This document shows positions 62,629 to 64,000 of a DNA stretch of 64,000 bases, piece after piece. Positions within the stretch are counted from its first letter, which is position 1, and the number at the start of each line of letters is the position of its first letter. The stretch is from an uncultured delta proteobacterium (GTDB lineage Bacteria > Myxococcota_A > UBA9160 > SZUA-336). The stretch spans positions 96,001-160,000 of the forward strand of contig CAVPHD010000006.1 in NCBI GenBank assembly GCA_963704165.1, in the 5' to 3' direction. Made by a program: the position numbers and the translations under genes. A model generated the notes under the pieces. It did not search any database, was not told the DNA's origin, and saw nothing but the letters and a program-made list of their open reading frames with translations.

Positions 62629-63617
62629 CGCTTCTCGCGCTGCCAGCGTTCGTACAGATCGGCGACCAGACCGTCGATCGGCGCGCGGTGGGTCTCGACG
62701 TCGAGGATCTGCGTCTGTGCGGCGGCCTGTTCGAGCAGGAACGACAGACGCACGCGGCTCGCGTCGTAGAGATACTCGTGCCGGCCGTTCTCTCCACCCG
62801 TTCGCTCGGCGCCCTCGAGCACGGGCAGCGCTCCGCTCGGCGTCTCGATCAGGAGCACGCGGCGGTCGCTCGCCTGCCGGCGCAGGCTCGCGAAATCCCC
62901 GTCGAAGGCGATGTTTCCCCGATGCAGCATGACGATCCGTCCGGCGAGCTGTTCGAGCTCGTCCATGTCGTGACTCGTGACGAAGACCGTGAGCTCGCGC
63001 TCGCGGTTCAGCTCGCGCACGAAGCGCAGGATGTTCCGGCGAGCGAGCACGTCGAGCCCGAGCGTCGGCTCGTCGAGGAAGAGCACCTCGGGCTCGTGGA
63101 GGAGCGCCATCGCGAGGTCCGCGCGCATACGCTGTCCGAGCGAGAGCTCGCGCGCGAGCGTGTTCATGAACTCGTCGAGTCCGAGAAGCTCGCGCACGAG
63201 ACCGAGCATGCGTTCGTAGCGCTCGCGCGAGATGTTCCAGACGACCCGCTTCCAATCGAAGCTCGCGGCCACCGGGTGATCCCACCAGAGCTCCGTGCGC
63301 TGGCCGAAGACGACGCCGATCCGTCCGACGTAGCGGACGCGCTCGCGGACCGGATCCATGCCGAGAACGCGCACTCGCCCCGAGTCCGGAGCGAGCAGGC
63401 TCGCGAGCAGTTTGATCGTCGTGCTCTTTCCCGCGCCGTTCGGCCCCGCGTACGCGACGATCTCGCCGCGGCGCACCGACAGGTCGATCCCGCGCAGGGC
63501 CTCGACCTCGACCACCGTCGGTCGCACCAGATTGCGCAGGACGTCCGCGACCCGGGCCGAGCGTTGTCGCTGCCGGTAGACCTTCCAGACGCCTTCGAGA
63601 CTAACGACGGAATCCAT
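62625..63617 (-). CDS. ABC exporter ATP-binding protein
   Basis: [35 protein letters not shown]. Confidence 0.95.
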   Translation of the reverse strand: MDSVVSLEGVWKVYRQRQRSARVADVLRNLVRPTVVEVEALRGIDLSVRRGEIVAYAGPNGAGKSTTIKLLASLLAPDSGRVRVLGMDPVRERVRYVGRIGVVFGQRTELWWDHPVAASFDWKRVVWNISRERYERMLGLVRELLGLDEFMNTLARELSLGQRMRADLAMALLHEPEVLFLDEPTLGLDVLARRNILRFVRELNRERELTVFVTSHDMDELEQLAGRIVMLHRGNIAFDGDFASLRRQASDRRVLLIETPSGALPVLEGAERTGGENGRHEYLYDASRVRLSFLLEQAAAQTQILDVETHRAPIDGLVADLYERWQREKR

Positions 63618-64000
63618 GAGCCAGATAACGGGACGAGCCCGTGCGTGCGTAGCGTCCGAGTCCCGCGCGAAATACCGTGATCGCGAGCGCGCCGAGAACG
63701 AGCGCGGCGAGCGGCGTGAGCAGCCACGCCGCGCGCGACGGCTCGAGCCCGAGCAGGACGCGGCTCGGGAGCCACGCGAGGAATCCCGCCGGGACCACGG
63801 TCAGAAGGCCCGCCGTGAGCGCGAAGCCGACGCCGTCGAGCGGGAAGGGCTTCAGCTGCTCGAGAAGCTGCATCGTGGAGGAGTTCACCTCTTCGGCGCC
63901 GCGCGGCGCGACGAACGCGAGGCTCGCCCACAGGTAGGCGAACGCGAGCATGATTCCGGCCGCGGACACGACGTGCAACGCGAAGAGCGCGAGCCAGACC
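63601..64000 (-). CDS. ABC-2 family permease (5'-partial)
   Basis: Hydrophobic; FPLD..LL.VVP.GF.A..P; GL.RY..TGS C-terminus; overlaps the ATPase start. Confidence 0.8.
   Translation of the reverse strand, partial: VWLALFALHVVSAAGIMLAFAYLWASLAFVAPRGAEEVNSSTMQLLEQLKPFPLDGVGFALTAGLLTVVPAGFLAWLPSRVLLGLEPSRAAWLLTPLAALVLGALAITVFRAGLGRYARTGSSRYLAHGFRR

Overview
Very GC-rich, densely coding 64-kb bacterial window. It has an Mla operon, LolA/ArnT-type envelope genes, P450s, paired acyl-CoA dehydrogenases and an F420-type LLM enzyme, a mix that suggests a diderm of the Myxococcota/Deltaproteobacteria-like groups (inference only). I see no rRNA, tRNA, CRISPR array, integrase or transposase. The main feature is a ~22-kb biosynthetic locus (35019-57400) in five interlocked transcription units. 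Its core is an aryl-polyene/xanthomonadin-type type II PKS: KS + chain-length factor, two ACPs, AMP-ligase/dehydratase fusion, dehydratase, ketoreductase, GT2, two acyltransferases, flavin halogenase, LolA-like protein, MMPL and lipoprotein. Attached to it is an atypical second module (third ACP, stand-alone condensation-type acyltransferase, FAD oxidoreductase, second AMP-ligase), followed by a second halogenase-like flavoprotein, a CrtI-like reductase and a GH29 glycosidase. Across the window, many operon-leading genes have a TANNNT -10 box 6-7 nt before the start codon and no Shine-Dalgarno, which suggests frequent leaderless mRNAs. Many genes carry clustered 1-nt frameshifts that are most likely long-read consensus errors, so coordinates of those genes are approximate. 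All assignments come from motif recognition by eye, not database searches.
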